This document shows, piece after piece, positions 20,469 through 30,676 of a stretch of DNA of 41,914 nucleotides. The notes under the pieces were generated by a model that saw only the letters and a program-made list of their open reading frames with translations, was not told the origin of the DNA and ran no database searches. The translations under genes and the position numbers were made by a program. Source of the stretch: Methanoregula sp. (GTDB lineage Archaea > Halobacteriota > Methanomicrobia > Methanomicrobiales > Methanospirillaceae); assembly GCA_041305785.1 (NCBI GenBank), contig JBFYKS010000222.1, forward strand, positions 1-41,914, written 5' to 3'. Each line of letters begins with the position of its first letter. The first letter of the stretch is position 1.

Positions 20469-20854
20469 TGCTCAACATCCCCTTTCCGGAAGAGGTACAT
20501 CTGGAAGATCACTGCAGAGAGTGCAAGAACAAGGATTGAGAGTGCGAGTGCATTCTGTGTACTGAGCCTGAGCACGTTGAGGTAATCCAGCCAGAAAAGA
20601 CCGAACATGAAGAACAGGCCTGTAAGCCATGCATAGGACAACCCGTATGCCCCGATCTTCTTCGATCGTTCATCGGATTCCGGGTCATCGCCATATTTCC
20701 GGTGATTGGTGATACCGGTAATCAGGAAAACAACCCCAGCTGCTATTAACATCGATCCAATGTTGGCTTCTCCTGCGGTCAACACGATCGAAACAATCCC
20801 GCTGATCAGCATCAACGCTCCTATTATTATCCGGTACATGTTTCTGGGTTTCAT
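20465..20854 (-). CDS. Four-TM membrane protein, DUF2178-like
   Basis: SDERSKKIGAYGLSYAW motif between TM pairs, C-terminal RKGDVE; ATG at 20854. Confidence 0.75.
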   Translation of the reverse strand: MKPRNMYRIIIGALMLISGIVSIVLTAGEANIGSMLIAAGVVFLITGITNHRKYGDDPESDERSKKIGAYGLSYAWLTGLFFMFGLFWLDYLNVLRLSTQNALALSILVLALSAVIFQMYLFRKGDVEQ

Positions 20855-20868
20855 GATATCCAATCTCT

Positions 20869-20917
20869 ATGTTATGTATTTCTAACACAGGGATATTAAT
20901 GTTATGTATTTCTAACA
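20869..20917. promoter_or_regulatory. Two identical 19-bp operator repeats (ATGTTATGTATTTCTAACA; TGTTA-N8-TAACA) flanking a TATA-like element
   Basis: Exact repeats at 20869-20887 and 20899-20917, directly upstream of the DUF2178/XRE operon. Confidence 0.8.
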
Positions 20918-20958
20918 ATCGGAAGCAAATGAAGCACGGAATGAAAAAGGGAAAAAAG

Positions 20959-22542
20959 TTATTCTCTCATGACAGAACGGACCGAGAGGAAGACCGGGCC
21001 CCGGACATCGACCTTCTTGTTGTTGTCTGTGATGAACCGCATCGCGAATTCATCGACCTTCAGGTTGATGTCACTGGGGAGTTTTGCCATCTTGACCTGT
21101 ACAGATGTTCCCTTCCCGCACCGGGCAGCCTCTTCTATACGGGCTGCTGCAAGGGATGAGACCGCCGAAAGGTAGGAGATCCCGGTCGGGATCCCTTCGG
21201 TTCGCACCACCTTCCACTTCTCTGCATCCGGCACGCCAAGGACAGATCCTTCGTGGACAAAGATCTCGTTGGCACAGGCCGGCCCGCAGAGTTTTGCATT
21301 CGATTCCGTCTCCTCGACAATGACCTTCACAACAGTCCCGCCAAGCGTTCCCTCCCATGCATCAAAAGCACACGGGCCCTGTGCGGCCCCGTTTGCTGCA
21401 GCAACCTTAACAATTGCAGCTGCCAGGATTCTGCCCTCTGCAGAAGATGGTTCATCACGCAGGTGAACTGCCCTCGCGATCTCCCGGTCGGCAAGGTGAC
21501 GGGGGAAGAACTGCGGGAAGCAGAGCTGCCGGACATCATTGGAATTGTACGCGATCATCGCAAGCCGTTCAACCCCAAGACCGAGGTTCATGACCGGAAC
21601 CCCGATACCATATTCTGCCAGTGCAGACGGGGAGTACATCCCAAAGGTTGCAACCTCAACCCAGCCGTGGACCGGATGGCGGGCATAGACTTCGGTCTGG
21701 GTGTCCGGCATGTAATACTTGGAGCGTTTCTCATCCGGCTGGAAACGGAAGTCGGTGTAGCCGAACGCGGACAGGAGCGCCTCGCTTACGGCTTTCCCAT
21801 CCTCGATGGTCACATCGTCGCCCGCAACAATACAGGATGCGGAGTGGTAGGTCATGAGCCGGGTAGGCCCTTCTGCCTGTTCGCGCCGGAAACAGCGGTC
21901 GACCGAGAACATGCGCAGCGGAAGCTGGCTCTTGTCCCAGATGGCGCCAAGCGTCATGAACCAGCCGCTCGTCATATGACTGCGGAGGGTTGAACGTGAA
22001 GACTCGGGAGCAAGTTCCCGGAACTCCGGGAAAACTGCGTCAAGGATATGGACAACGACCCCGTCGTCTGTACCAAGAACTTTTGAGAGCTCAAAAGTCA
22101 GCTCGTCGCCATCGATCTCGGACTTTTTGTAAGCATGGAGCGTCTCGCGGAGCTTCTCCTCGGTTGGTGCGGTCATGGCCGTACCAAGGATCGCGTTGAT
22201 CCGGTCAAGGCGGTCGCGGGCTATCCCCACGTTGGGACGCGGAAGTCCCCCAAGGTAGAAGACGCGGTCAAGGACTGCCATTGCCTCAGGGCCGAACTGG
22301 CGGTAAATATCTTTTTCATCGATGATGACCGGGACCTCGGCCTCGTCAAAGCCCATAGACAGGTAGGTCTCGCGCAGCCGGTTGATCGTGGCAAAGACCG
22401 GGTGCGCCTGTGCCCGCTTGTAGACCCGGCACGGGTAGGTCTCTGCATGGGATGCCGGTGTCAGGACCGATGGCCCTTCATGCCATGCCCCTTCAAAGTT
22501 CTCGTGTGATCTCTGCTTCCAGTCCTCGGGATTGAATCTCAT
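20959..22542 (-). CDS. sepS: O-phosphoseryl-tRNA(Cys) synthetase
   Basis: MRFNPEDWK start, [85 protein letters not shown]. Confidence 0.96.
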   Translation of the reverse strand: MRFNPEDWKQRSHENFEGAWHEGPSVLTPASHAETYPCRVYKRAQAHPVFATINRLRETYLSMGFDEAEVPVIIDEKDIYRQFGPEAMAVLDRVFYLGGLPRPNVGIARDRLDRINAILGTAMTAPTEEKLRETLHAYKKSEIDGDELTFELSKVLGTDDGVVVHILDAVFPEFRELAPESSRSTLRSHMTSGWFMTLGAIWDKSQLPLRMFSVDRCFRREQAEGPTRLMTYHSASCIVAGDDVTIEDGKAVSEALLSAFGYTDFRFQPDEKRSKYYMPDTQTEVYARHPVHGWVEVATFGMYSPSALAEYGIGVPVMNLGLGVERLAMIAYNSNDVRQLCFPQFFPRHLADREIARAVHLRDEPSSAEGRILAAAIVKVAAANGAAQGPCAFDAWEGTLGGTVVKVIVEETESNAKLCGPACANEIFVHEGSVLGVPDAEKWKVVRTEGIPTGISYLSAVSSLAAARIEEAARCGKGTSVQVKMAKLPSDINLKVDEFAMRFITDNNKKVDVRGPVFLSVRSVMRE

Positions 22543-23438
22543 GTCATACGCTCCAGCACTACCACTCTGCTCAGTTTGTTCTCGTCCTTGAACCGGTAAT
22601 CGCATGCAGCCGCAACCTTCTCCGAAAAGGCCCGCACTTCAGCATGTTCCGGCATATTCTCTCTTGCCAACCGGTTTCTACTGTATCCCAGATACATATA
22701 TCCCTTTATTTCCACAAAGGTTGCGCCCGAATCCTGCAGGATAGTGGCATACTGTTCCGGGGCAAAATCATTGAGCCCTTTGACGAGCGTGATCCGTATA
22801 GCTGATCTGCGGGTGCTAAGCAGCCGGAGACTTTCCTGTATCCTGTCCCAATAGTCCCCAAGCGGGTGGCAGACCGCATGATAGGTCTCACGGTCAGGTG
22901 CGTCCAGCGACAGGTACATCTGGAACGGGTTGCACTTCTTGAGCATATCGGGATTCGTTCCGTTGCTGACCAGGAATGTGGTATACCCATTATTATGTAA
23001 AAGATCGATGAGTTCCGGGAGCTGTGAGTAGAGCGTTGGCTCACCCGAGAGGGAAATGGCGACATGCTTCGGATCAAGCGCCTCCTGCCACCGCTCGTCC
23101 GTCACGGTATTGTCAAGCACCGCATTATAGCCGGCGAGTGCCTTCTTCTGGTACTTGTGGAGGCCGGCCAGGATTGTTTCCGGAGGGCACTCCCTCTCTT
23201 CCTGCGGCTCGTACTCAAACGATCGCCAGCAGAAGAGGCAGCGCTGGTTGCAGCGGAGCGTCGGCGTCATCTGGACGCAGCGGTGGCTGTCAATACCGTA
23301 AAACTGGTGCTTGTAGCACATCTCGCCACCCTGAAGAGCGCGCTTGCACCACATGCAGGGTTTGAGTGCTGCGGTTGAAGCAGGAGAAAAAAACTGGTAT
23401 CCCTGTTTTCGCAGGGCGTCACATGGAGTGGATGGCAT
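22539..23438 (-). CDS. taw1: 4-demethylwyosine synthase TYW1/Taw1 (radical SAM)
   Basis: [58 protein letters not shown]. Confidence 0.94.
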   Translation of the reverse strand: MPSTPCDALRKQGYQFFSPASTAALKPCMWCKRALQGGEMCYKHQFYGIDSHRCVQMTPTLRCNQRCLFCWRSFEYEPQEERECPPETILAGLHKYQKKALAGYNAVLDNTVTDERWQEALDPKHVAISLSGEPTLYSQLPELIDLLHNNGYTTFLVSNGTNPDMLKKCNPFQMYLSLDAPDRETYHAVCHPLGDYWDRIQESLRLLSTRRSAIRITLVKGLNDFAPEQYATILQDSGATFVEIKGYMYLGYSRNRLARENMPEHAEVRAFSEKVAAACDYRFKDENKLSRVVVLERMT

Positions 23439-25083
23439 CGATTCCGAGCGTTTCGAGCGCTTCCTTTAAGGTGTTCTGGACTGCTTTCACTAGTGTGAGG
23501 CGCCGGTCGCGGATTACCCCCTCACTCCTGAGCACCGGTTCGAAATGGTAGAAGGTGTTGAAAGTATCCGCAAGTTCGCGGGCATACGTTGCAAGGATGT
23601 GCGGGCGAAGCTCGGTGACCACGCTGTCGATGACCATCGGGAACCGGGCGATCACCTTGGCAAGTGCAATTTCCTGTTCCGTCTCAAGATCAAAGCATTC
23701 GGTGAATGTCTCTACCTTATCTAGGATACTGCAGGCCCGGGCATGGGCATACTGGATGTAGGGGCCGCTCTGCCGCTCGAAGTCGAGCGCATCCTTCCAG
23801 TCAAAGATCGTGCTCTTTTCCGGTGAGACCTTCACGATATCATAGCGGATGGCGGCAAGCCCGACCGATTGTGCAATCGACTTCCGTGTCTCCTCGTCAA
23901 GTTCCGGTCTCCGTGCGGTAACTTCCTCAAAGGCGCGCTTCCGGATCTCGGTTATGAGGTCGTCGGCAGATACGAACTTGCCGGCCCGGGTACTCATCGA
24001 TCCCTCGGGCAGCGAGACGAACTCGAAGTGAACGATCTCCGGAACCCGTTCCCCGAGAAGTTTCATCGTGCACTGGAGCTGGGCACCGATGAGTTTGTGA
24101 TCTGCACCTAAAACATCGATGACCCGGTCGAAGTTTGCCCCTTTCCATGCATGGTAGGCAAGGTCGCGGGCAGCATAAACCGAAGTTCCATCGCTCCTGC
24201 GGATAACGTACTTGTTCTCGAACCCGAACTCCGAAAGATCGAGAGCAAGGGTCTCCTCTTCGCGCGCCTGCGGCATCCTCTTGAGCTTGTTGACGATCCG
24301 TTCGGTATTCCCGTTCCGGATGAAGTCGCTCTCCCAGACAAAGCGGTCGTGGGCAACGTTGAGGTCCATCATCGTCACTTTAAACCCGTCAAGGCACCGG
24401 CTCACTTCTTTACGGAACTTCCTGACGGTTGCCGGATCGCCATTCTCGATCAGCTGCATCAGGACGTTGACCTGCTGGGTTATGCCCTCATCCTTCTGGA
24501 TCTCCTGGTTTGCCGCGATATAGACCCGGGCAATGTGGGCATCCTCTTTCTCACCACTGATCTGCGTGCTGTCAAGGTTGTCGAATCCCCAGACCACAAT
24601 GGCGATCTGGCGGCCCATATCGTTCACATAGTACTGAACTTCGAGTGGGTAGCCTGCCTTGCGGAATGCCCTTGCAAGCGTATCGCCGATGATCGAGTTC
24701 CGGATATGCCCTACGTGGAGGGGACCGTTCGGGTTTGCACTGGTATGTTCGAGCACAACCCGGACCGTCTTCTTTGGCAGGTTGCCGTAACCGGGCCGGA
24801 CTGCTGCCTGCAATGCCTCACTCACATATGCACTGCCGAAAATGAAGTTAAGATACGGTCCTTTTGCCTCAATTGTCACCCCTGAAAGGGCAGGATTCTT
24901 TCCGAGTTCTGCGGCAAGATCCTGCGCAATCTTCATTGGTGCCTGTTTCTTCTGTTTGGCAAGGGCAAACGCGATCGTGGAGGCAAGATCCGCGTGTTCG
25001 CCACCATCGGTGAGCAGGGGATCATCCGTCCCGGTGGCTTCCCTGATTGTGTTCCCGATGACCGTGTACATATCGTGCAACAT
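23419..25083 (-). CDS. argS: Arginine--tRNA ligase
   Basis: EHTSANPNGPLHVGHIRN, RDLAYH, MSTRAG, YIQYAHARACSIL. Confidence 0.97.
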   Translation of the reverse strand: MLHDMYTVIGNTIREATGTDDPLLTDGGEHADLASTIAFALAKQKKQAPMKIAQDLAAELGKNPALSGVTIEAKGPYLNFIFGSAYVSEALQAAVRPGYGNLPKKTVRVVLEHTSANPNGPLHVGHIRNSIIGDTLARAFRKAGYPLEVQYYVNDMGRQIAIVVWGFDNLDSTQISGEKEDAHIARVYIAANQEIQKDEGITQQVNVLMQLIENGDPATVRKFRKEVSRCLDGFKVTMMDLNVAHDRFVWESDFIRNGNTERIVNKLKRMPQAREEETLALDLSEFGFENKYVIRRSDGTSVYAARDLAYHAWKGANFDRVIDVLGADHKLIGAQLQCTMKLLGERVPEIVHFEFVSLPEGSMSTRAGKFVSADDLITEIRKRAFEEVTARRPELDEETRKSIAQSVGLAAIRYDIVKVSPEKSTIFDWKDALDFERQSGPYIQYAHARACSILDKVETFTECFDLETEQEIALAKVIARFPMVIDSVVTELRPHILATYARELADTFNTFYHFEPVLRSEGVIRDRRLTLVKAVQNTLKEALETLGIDAIHSM

Positions 25084-26355
25084 TTAGTATCCCGTCCTGT
25101 AGCGGAGTATGGCCGCAATTCCCCCGAATGCCGTGAAAAGGATCGAGCCCTCTTCGAAATCATCGGAGATGATCTCCACCTTCGAATTACTCTGATCGGC
25201 GAGTTTTGTCAGCTCGTCAACAATATCGATTTCTTCATCGAGAACGAGCGGGGCAGTGCACTTCGGGCAGTTGCCAGGATCGATATCAGCGATGCTTTTT
25301 CCTGCCTCAATACTGACCGTCTTCTCGACCACGTAATCGCAGCTCTGGCATTTGATCTTCAGTCGCGATTTCCTGAGCGTGGCAGAGAGAAGGAGCGTGT
25401 CAACTGCCCCAATTTCGAGGTTGTGCCGGATACTGTCCTCACCATAGGCTGCAAGCCCGCCGTCCTTGACCAGTTCCCGCAGGAAACGGTCCATGAACGC
25501 CTTCTCCTTGACAACGGTCATGCCCTTGAGTGCATCCTGTGCTGCATCGACAAGTTCGGCAAGCCCGTCTTCGTTGGTGTAGGCAACATCAAAGAGCCCG
25601 ACAATCCGCTTCTGGACCTCGTGGTGGAGGAAGTTCCCCCGCTCGAACTCTTCCTTGGTCGGGCTCGGGCCTCCAATCAGCACACCCTTGAACCGCTCGA
25701 AGAAGTCCTTCTCGGCAAGGAAGATGGCACTCGAGCGCTCCCCGACTTTTGTGTAGTGCTCATCGATTGCGATCTCACGCAAGCGGCCGAACCGGGCTGC
25801 GGACTGACCTCCTTTCCGCTGCTTGCCCGGGACCGTTGAGGTTGCCCCGCCTATCGGCTCGATACGGTTGCCGCGCAGAAAACCCCAGTATGCTTCCCGG
25901 CGATCGATGACAAGGAGACCGTACACATACTTCTCCTCGAGCATCTTGAGCAGGGGTTCGAGTTCGAAGTTCGAGCTGCACCGGTACATATAGAGGTTGA
26001 GCGGTTCCGGGGGCTCGATGATGGTGCACTGGAGATCTGACCGGTCCCCGAAGGTCTTGACCGTTCCACAGAAGACTGCAAGACCTTTCTCAGGTGGTCG
26101 TTTGTATACTTTGAGGCGCGAGAGGATCGAGGAGATGGCGCTCTGTACATTGACTTTGGTCTGCTTGCTCTTGATGTTCGCGCACTGGCCGAACTCGTCC
26201 TTGAGCTGGTTGGTCACATCGTAGATCTGCTTGTCGGGCGGGATGTAGAGCGTGATTAGTTCCGTGCCGTCTCCCTGTTGCGACCGGAGCTTCTCCAAGA
26301 CTTTCTTGAACTCATACCGCTTCCGCGCGTCGTCCATCTCCACTTCTTCTGCCAT
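25084..26355 (-). CDS. prf1: Peptide chain release factor aRF1
   Basis: GTELITLYIP, NIKS, YRCS, GGQS, AFGGIAAILRY; CxxC...CxxC minidomain. Confidence 0.97.
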   Translation of the reverse strand: MAEEVEMDDARKRYEFKKVLEKLRSQQGDGTELITLYIPPDKQIYDVTNQLKDEFGQCANIKSKQTKVNVQSAISSILSRLKVYKRPPEKGLAVFCGTVKTFGDRSDLQCTIIEPPEPLNLYMYRCSSNFELEPLLKMLEEKYVYGLLVIDRREAYWGFLRGNRIEPIGGATSTVPGKQRKGGQSAARFGRLREIAIDEHYTKVGERSSAIFLAEKDFFERFKGVLIGGPSPTKEEFERGNFLHHEVQKRIVGLFDVAYTNEDGLAELVDAAQDALKGMTVVKEKAFMDRFLRELVKDGGLAAYGEDSIRHNLEIGAVDTLLLSATLRKSRLKIKCQSCDYVVEKTVSIEAGKSIADIDPGNCPKCTAPLVLDEEIDIVDELTKLADQSNSKVEIISDDFEEGSILFTAFGGIAAILRYRTGY

Positions 26356-26392
26356 TGCCGGATTCAAACCTCTCTGTTAAGCTTATACCTAT

Positions 26393-27304
26393 TCACCCGC
26401 GGGGGGCATAAATTTGCGCCCATTGCAGGATGACCTTCTCGTCCACATCGGAATTGATGCCATGGCTCCCCATGAACTCAATGAATGTTTTCGGGTCCTT
26501 TGCATGTTCAAAAATCTGCTCCCCGCTTTCGAACGGAATGATGGGATCTGCTCTTGCATGGAAGATCCAGACCGGCCGGGGCGAGATCCTTGCGATATAC
26601 GTACTGGGTTCAATGGATGTTGCAAACTGCACCGGTTCCCCATTATACCCCTGCCCGACTACGGAGTTTCGGAGCCCCCAGTCCGAGGTGGAGATTCCCA
26701 CATAACCGGCAAAGTCCGGATCCACACCTGCTGCCACTGCGGCATACCGGCCCCCGTTGCTGGATCCCACTGCATACACCGGTACCTGATATTTCCCGGC
26801 AAGCATCTTCCTCGCTGAGACCAGATCACAGATACTCAGGTAATACTGCGGGATCTCCCCCTTCCCAAACTTCGCATAATCCTGTTGGATCAACTGCTGG
26901 CCAAACGGAATGCCCGCGGACTCCCCTCCATTCCCCCGTGTGTCAACAAAGAGGAAGGCATATCCAGCCAAAGCATACCGCACCATCCGCTCTTCGTGGC
27001 CGGCAGGACTCTCTCCCGCTCCCGGTGCATAGACAACTGCCGCCACCGGGTTTTTTGGGGCAGCAAGGTAGGTTACCACATCGCCGTTTTCCGTGGATAG
27101 GACGATGCGGGATTTCGTGTACGTGTCATTGGCAGCAAGAACCTCCTCACTCGCGGTTGCCTGGGCACATTTCAGGGAGAGGATTCCGCTCTGGTCAACA
27201 GAGTATGTTGAAGTACCAGATGCGGTGTTGCCGGTACACCCACCTGTTATCAGAAAGGCAACGATCAGGAAAGAAGCGATGATGAGGGAGCGCACGGTCA
27301 GCAC
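26393..27304 (-). CDS. Alpha/beta-hydrolase lipoprotein
   Basis: Lipobox LITGGC, DTRGNG, nucleophile GSSNGG, DPIIP, GSHG. Confidence 0.8.
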   Translation of the reverse strand: MLTVRSLIIASFLIVAFLITGGCTGNTASGTSTYSVDQSGILSLKCAQATASEEVLAANDTYTKSRIVLSTENGDVVTYLAAPKNPVAAVVYAPGAGESPAGHEERMVRYALAGYAFLFVDTRGNGGESAGIPFGQQLIQQDYAKFGKGEIPQYYLSICDLVSARKMLAGKYQVPVYAVGSSNGGRYAAVAAGVDPDFAGYVGISTSDWGLRNSVVGQGYNGEPVQFATSIEPSTYIARISPRPVWIFHARADPIIPFESGEQIFEHAKDPKTFIEFMGSHGINSDVDEKVILQWAQIYAPRG

Positions 27305-27796
27305 CTAAAGGCAGCGACAGATAAGGCAGATGGTCTTGGCATCCGTAATGGTCCCGTCCCGCATCATGGATAGAAGGTTCCGGGTCGGGATGTCAACAAC
27401 CTCGATAACCTCGTCCTCGTCCTTCTCAAATTCCTGCGAAGGGGAAAGGCCCCGGGCCTCAAAGAGGAAGATCTTCTCATCTGTATATCCCGGGGTGGTG
27501 ATGATATGCCCCCGGGGCTCGATACTCCGTGCGGCAAACCCGGTCTCCTCGATGAGTTCGCGGCCGGCTGCTGCCAGCGGTTTTTCTCCGGTCTCCAATG
27601 CCCCGGCGGGGGCTTCAAGAATGTAATCATCGATGGCATACCGGTACTGCCGGATAAGTTTGCATCGGTCTCCCTCAATGGGGAGTATGGCGACGGCGCT
27701 GCTTGGGTGCACGATCAATTTCTGCCGAAGAAGTCCGTTGGGGAGGCTTACGTCCCGCTGTTCGATCCAGAGCCTCCGCCCGCGAAAGATCTCCAT
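27305..27796 (-). CDS. Nudix hydrolase, ADP-ribose pyrophosphatase-like
   Basis: Nudix box GALETGEKPLAAAGRELIEETG, RQYRY, downstream TPG proline, DAKT. Confidence 0.9.
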   Translation of the reverse strand: MEIFRGRRLWIEQRDVSLPNGLLRQKLIVHPSSAVAILPIEGDRCKLIRQYRYAIDDYILEAPAGALETGEKPLAAAGRELIEETGFAARSIEPRGHIITTPGYTDEKIFLFEARGLSPSQEFEKDEDEVIEVVDIPTRNLLSMMRDGTITDAKTICLICRCL

Positions 27797-28465
27797 TCAC
27801 ACCTCGTATTCGATGGGGTCCCGGATTCCGACCTCCGCAAAAGCCGCTTTTCGGAAGTGGCACGAACCGCAGGTGCCACAGGCAGCTCCTTCATTCCGGT
27901 AACAGGACCAGGTATGTTCATAGGGCACACCGAGTTTCTGCCCCTGGCGCAGGATATCGGTCTTGGTCATGTCGATGAATGGCGTAAAGAGCGTGATCTT
28001 TGTGGTGTCCTTCGTCCCGAGATCGATCACTTTCTGGAAGGCGTCGATAAATGCCGGGCGGCAGTCGGGATAACCGCTGTAGTCGAGCGACTGGACCCCG
28101 ATGAAGATGGCATCTGCCCCCCGTGCTTCGGCAAAACTTGTGGCAATCGCGAGGAGGTTGGCGTTCCGGAATGGTACATAAGTGTTAGGTATATGCGCCC
28201 GCGCAGGATCAAACGTTTCGACCGCGATTTCGGTATCTGTTAAGCTGCTTGCCCCGAACTTTGTGAAGTAGTCGAGACTGATCTCGACAAATGCGCCGGC
28301 ATTCAGGAGGGATGCGATCTTCTTTGCGCAGGCCAGTTCCTTCCCCTCGGTGCGCTGGCCGTAGTTCAGGTGCAGGGCGAGGATATCGTACCCCATGCTC
28401 TTTGCAAGGTACGCGAGGGTGGAAGAATCCATACCTCCTGAGAGTAAACAGACTGCTTTCATCAT
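27797..28465 (-). CDS. queC: 7-cyano-7-deazaguanine (preQ0) synthase
   Basis: [30 protein letters not shown]...CGTCGSC. Confidence 0.97.
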   Translation of the reverse strand: MMKAVCLLSGGMDSSTLAYLAKSMGYDILALHLNYGQRTEGKELACAKKIASLLNAGAFVEISLDYFTKFGASSLTDTEIAVETFDPARAHIPNTYVPFRNANLLAIATSFAEARGADAIFIGVQSLDYSGYPDCRPAFIDAFQKVIDLGTKDTTKITLFTPFIDMTKTDILRQGQKLGVPYEHTWSCYRNEGAACGTCGSCHFRKAAFAEVGIRDPIEYEV

Positions 28466-29070
28466 TGAACTCCGAGAATCTTGTGCAACTGGATCTGGAA
28501 CCGGACCGGCAGGTTACCGGTGAGAACGAATTTTACCACCGGCTTATAATCCGTTCCGAATACCGGGGAGAAAAACACCTCGCCTTTGATGGGGTGGTTT
28601 TTCATGATCTCCTGCGCATACCTGCAATCCGCTTCGTCGCTCACGACAAACTTCACACTGTCTTCCGGCCGGATCTTCGCAAGAAGGGCGGGATGGCTCA
28701 CCTCGCCCGAAGAAGGGCATTTTACATCCATGCAGATGGATGCGTAAGGCTGGAGCCGGGTGAAATCGAGGGTTCCATTGGTTTCGATATCAATGACGGT
28801 CCCCCGCTTGCAAAGAGATATGAGAAGGGGTTCGAGTTCATCGACCTGCAGCAGTGGCTCGCCACCCGTTATGCAGACATACGGGGGATTGGTGCGCCAG
28901 ACCTGCTCAAGAACCGCATCAAGGCTCATCACCATCCCCCCACCCAGGGATGCCGGGGTGTCACACCAGCGGCAGCGGAGATTGCATCCCGCCAGACGGA
29001 TGAAAAGGCAGGGCTTCCCCTGGTTCTTCCCCTCTCCCTGGAGGCTCCGGAAAATCTCCGCGATCTTCAT
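28462..29070 (-). CDS. queE: 7-carboxy-7-deazaguanine synthase (radical SAM)
   Basis: [41 protein letters not shown]. Confidence 0.95.
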   Translation of the reverse strand: MKIAEIFRSLQGEGKNQGKPCLFIRLAGCNLRCRWCDTPASLGGGMVMSLDAVLEQVWRTNPPYVCITGGEPLLQVDELEPLLISLCKRGTVIDIETNGTLDFTRLQPYASICMDVKCPSSGEVSHPALLAKIRPEDSVKFVVSDEADCRYAQEIMKNHPIKGEVFFSPVFGTDYKPVVKFVLTGNLPVRFQIQLHKILGVQ

Positions 29071-29471
29071 TCTTTAAGCTCAGCGCACGATGTCGGGGAT
29101 TCCCAGACCCGGATCTTTGGTACTGTTGCCTTGATCCCGTGGTCCTTGCAGACGGTGTAGAGATCGTCTCGGATAAGCGCAGCAATCAGTTCGCTCGTGG
29201 GATCGCCCGGTGTCGTTATGACCGGATGGAACTCACGTATGCGGGGAACCATGGGGTCCTCACTGTTGAGGATGATCTGGTGATCGTATTTGTTGACCAC
29301 CTGTTTGATCAGGCTGTAATCGATCAGGATTTGCGTTTTTTGGTCCGGTTCACCCTCCATCCAGACCTCGACCTTCCACCGGTGCCCGTGGAGATTGGCG
29401 CACTTTCCCTCATAATGGAGCAGGCGGTGGCTCGTATCGATCTGCACCTCTTTATAGATCCCGACTTTCAT
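29067..29471 (-). CDS. queD: 6-carboxy-5,6,7,8-tetrahydropterin synthase
   Basis: SHRL, CANLHGH, YDH, PTSE, VWESPTS. Confidence 0.92.
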   Translation of the reverse strand: MKVGIYKEVQIDTSHRLLHYEGKCANLHGHRWKVEVWMEGEPDQKTQILIDYSLIKQVVNKYDHQIILNSEDPMVPRIREFHPVITTPGDPTSELIAALIRDDLYTVCKDHGIKATVPKIRVWESPTSCAELKE

Positions 29472-29553
29472 TGCTCATCATTGACCTTAGGGGGATATAA
29501 TGTTATTATCCTGAACGATCAATAGTATAAGACAGGCAGGTGGAGTGCCACAA

Positions 29554-29561
29554 TTTATAAA
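29554..29561 (+). promoter_or_regulatory. TATA box candidate for the rps12-rps7-EF-2 operon
   Basis: TTTATAAA about 80 bp upstream of the rps12 ATG. Confidence 0.55.
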
Positions 29562-29636
29562 TCGATCACCCGCGTTAGTACATATCCCAGTGTGGGTTAT
29601 CGATAACCACAAAATCAATTTAAAAGAGGCTATTTA

Positions 29637-30065
29637 ATGGGACAGGGTAAATTTGCAGCCAGAAAGATGGTTCGGGACTCAAATAAGTTCCGGTGGGCAG
29701 ACAAGAACTACGCCCGCCGCGAGCTCAATCTCGATGTGAAGTCAGACCCGTGCGAGGGTGCTCCGCAGGCGAGAGGTATCGTGCTTGAGAAGATCGGTGT
29801 CGAGGCAAAACAGCCCAACTCCGCAATCCGGAAGTGTGTGCGCGTCCAGCTTATCAAGAACGGACGGCAGGTCAGCGCATTCGCAGTCGGCGATGGTGCC
29901 ATCAACTTCATCGATGAACACGATGAAGTCGAGATTGAGGGCATCGGCGGTCGTCTCGGCCGGTCCATGGGAGATATCCCGGGGGTCCGGTACGTGGTCA
30001 CCAAGGTGAACAATGTCTGTCTTCATGAGATGGTCATTGGCAGGAAAGAGAAACCGCGCAGGTGA
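29637..30065 (+). CDS. rps12: 30S ribosomal protein S12 (uS12, archaeal)
   Basis: [29 protein letters not shown]. Confidence 0.98.
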   Translation: MGQGKFAARKMVRDSNKFRWADKNYARRELNLDVKSDPCEGAPQARGIVLEKIGVEAKQPNSAIRKCVRVQLIKNGRQVSAFAVGDGAINFIDEHDEVEIEGIGGRLGRSMGDIPGVRYVVTKVNNVCLHEMVIGRKEKPRR

Positions 30066-30071
30066 TTTGAG

Positions 30072-30653
30072 ATGTCAGAAACAACAGCCGGAAAGAAACT
30101 CCTGTTCAACCAGTGGGATGCCTCCGAAGTTACGGTCAACGACCCAAGCCTCATGCGCTACGTAACCCTCACCTCCCAGATCATCCCCCACACCTGCGGT
30201 AAGTTTTCCCGCCAGGAATTTGGCAAGAGTAATATGATGATTGTTGAGCGGTTGATCAACCGCCTCATGCAGACCGAGAATAATACCGGAAAGAAGCAAC
30301 TGGCTATCCGGATCGTGCGGGATGCATTCGAGATCATCAACAAGAAGACCAAGCGCAACCCAATCGAGGTGCTGGTCGAGGCAATCGCCAATTCGGGTCC
30401 CCGCGAAGAGACGGTCCGTTTAAAATACGGCGGTATCAATGTCCCGAAGTCTGTCGACACTGCACCCATGCGCAGGGTCGATACTGCAATTCACTTCATT
30501 GCCGAAGCAACCCTGAAAGGGTCAAGCACCAGCAAGAAGAGTGCAAGTGCAGTTCTCGCCGATGAAATCATCGCCGCATCCAAGGGCGACATGAAGTGTT
30601 ACTCGGTCGGGAAAAAGGAAGAACGCGAGCGCATTGCAAAATCCGCCCGTTAA
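30072..30653 (+). CDS. rps7: 30S ribosomal protein S7 (uS7, archaeal)
   Basis: IVERLINRLM, NPIEVLVEAI.NSGPREE, KKEERERIAKSAR. Confidence 0.98.
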   Translation: MSETTAGKKLLFNQWDASEVTVNDPSLMRYVTLTSQIIPHTCGKFSRQEFGKSNMMIVERLINRLMQTENNTGKKQLAIRIVRDAFEIINKKTKRNPIEVLVEAIANSGPREETVRLKYGGINVPKSVDTAPMRRVDTAIHFIAEATLKGSSTSKKSASAVLADEIIAASKGDMKCYSVGKKEERERIAKSAR

Positions 30654-30676
30654 ATTATCTTTTTTGAGGTCATTTC

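Noticed and set aside
20869-20917. Direct repeats as a mini CRISPR array
   Set aside because: Only two 19-bp units with an 11-bp spacer and no cas genes; an operator pair fits better.
5764-26367. Extended N-termini in the ORF track for glmU', glmM, sufC, sepS and aRF1
   Set aside because: Family-typical N-termini begin at downstream ATGs (6918, 9399, 13192, 22542, 26355), and most extensions overlap neighbouring genes or promoters.
21253-29160. Long plus-strand ORFs (21253-21993, 24151-24885, 24994-25839, 26554-27282, 27506-28243, 28291-29160)
   Set aside because: They are antisense to well-supported genes, as expected from codon bias in GC-rich coding DNA, and show no motifs.
13311-29471. 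Possible Dpd/DISARM-like defence island (methyltransferase + DUF1998 helicase + queCDE)
   Set aside because: There is no dpdA/TGT-like, SNF2 or PLD gene. The components are kilobases apart among housekeeping genes, the helicase is paired with a YprB-like nuclease (repair type), and queCDE is explained by archaeosine synthesis.
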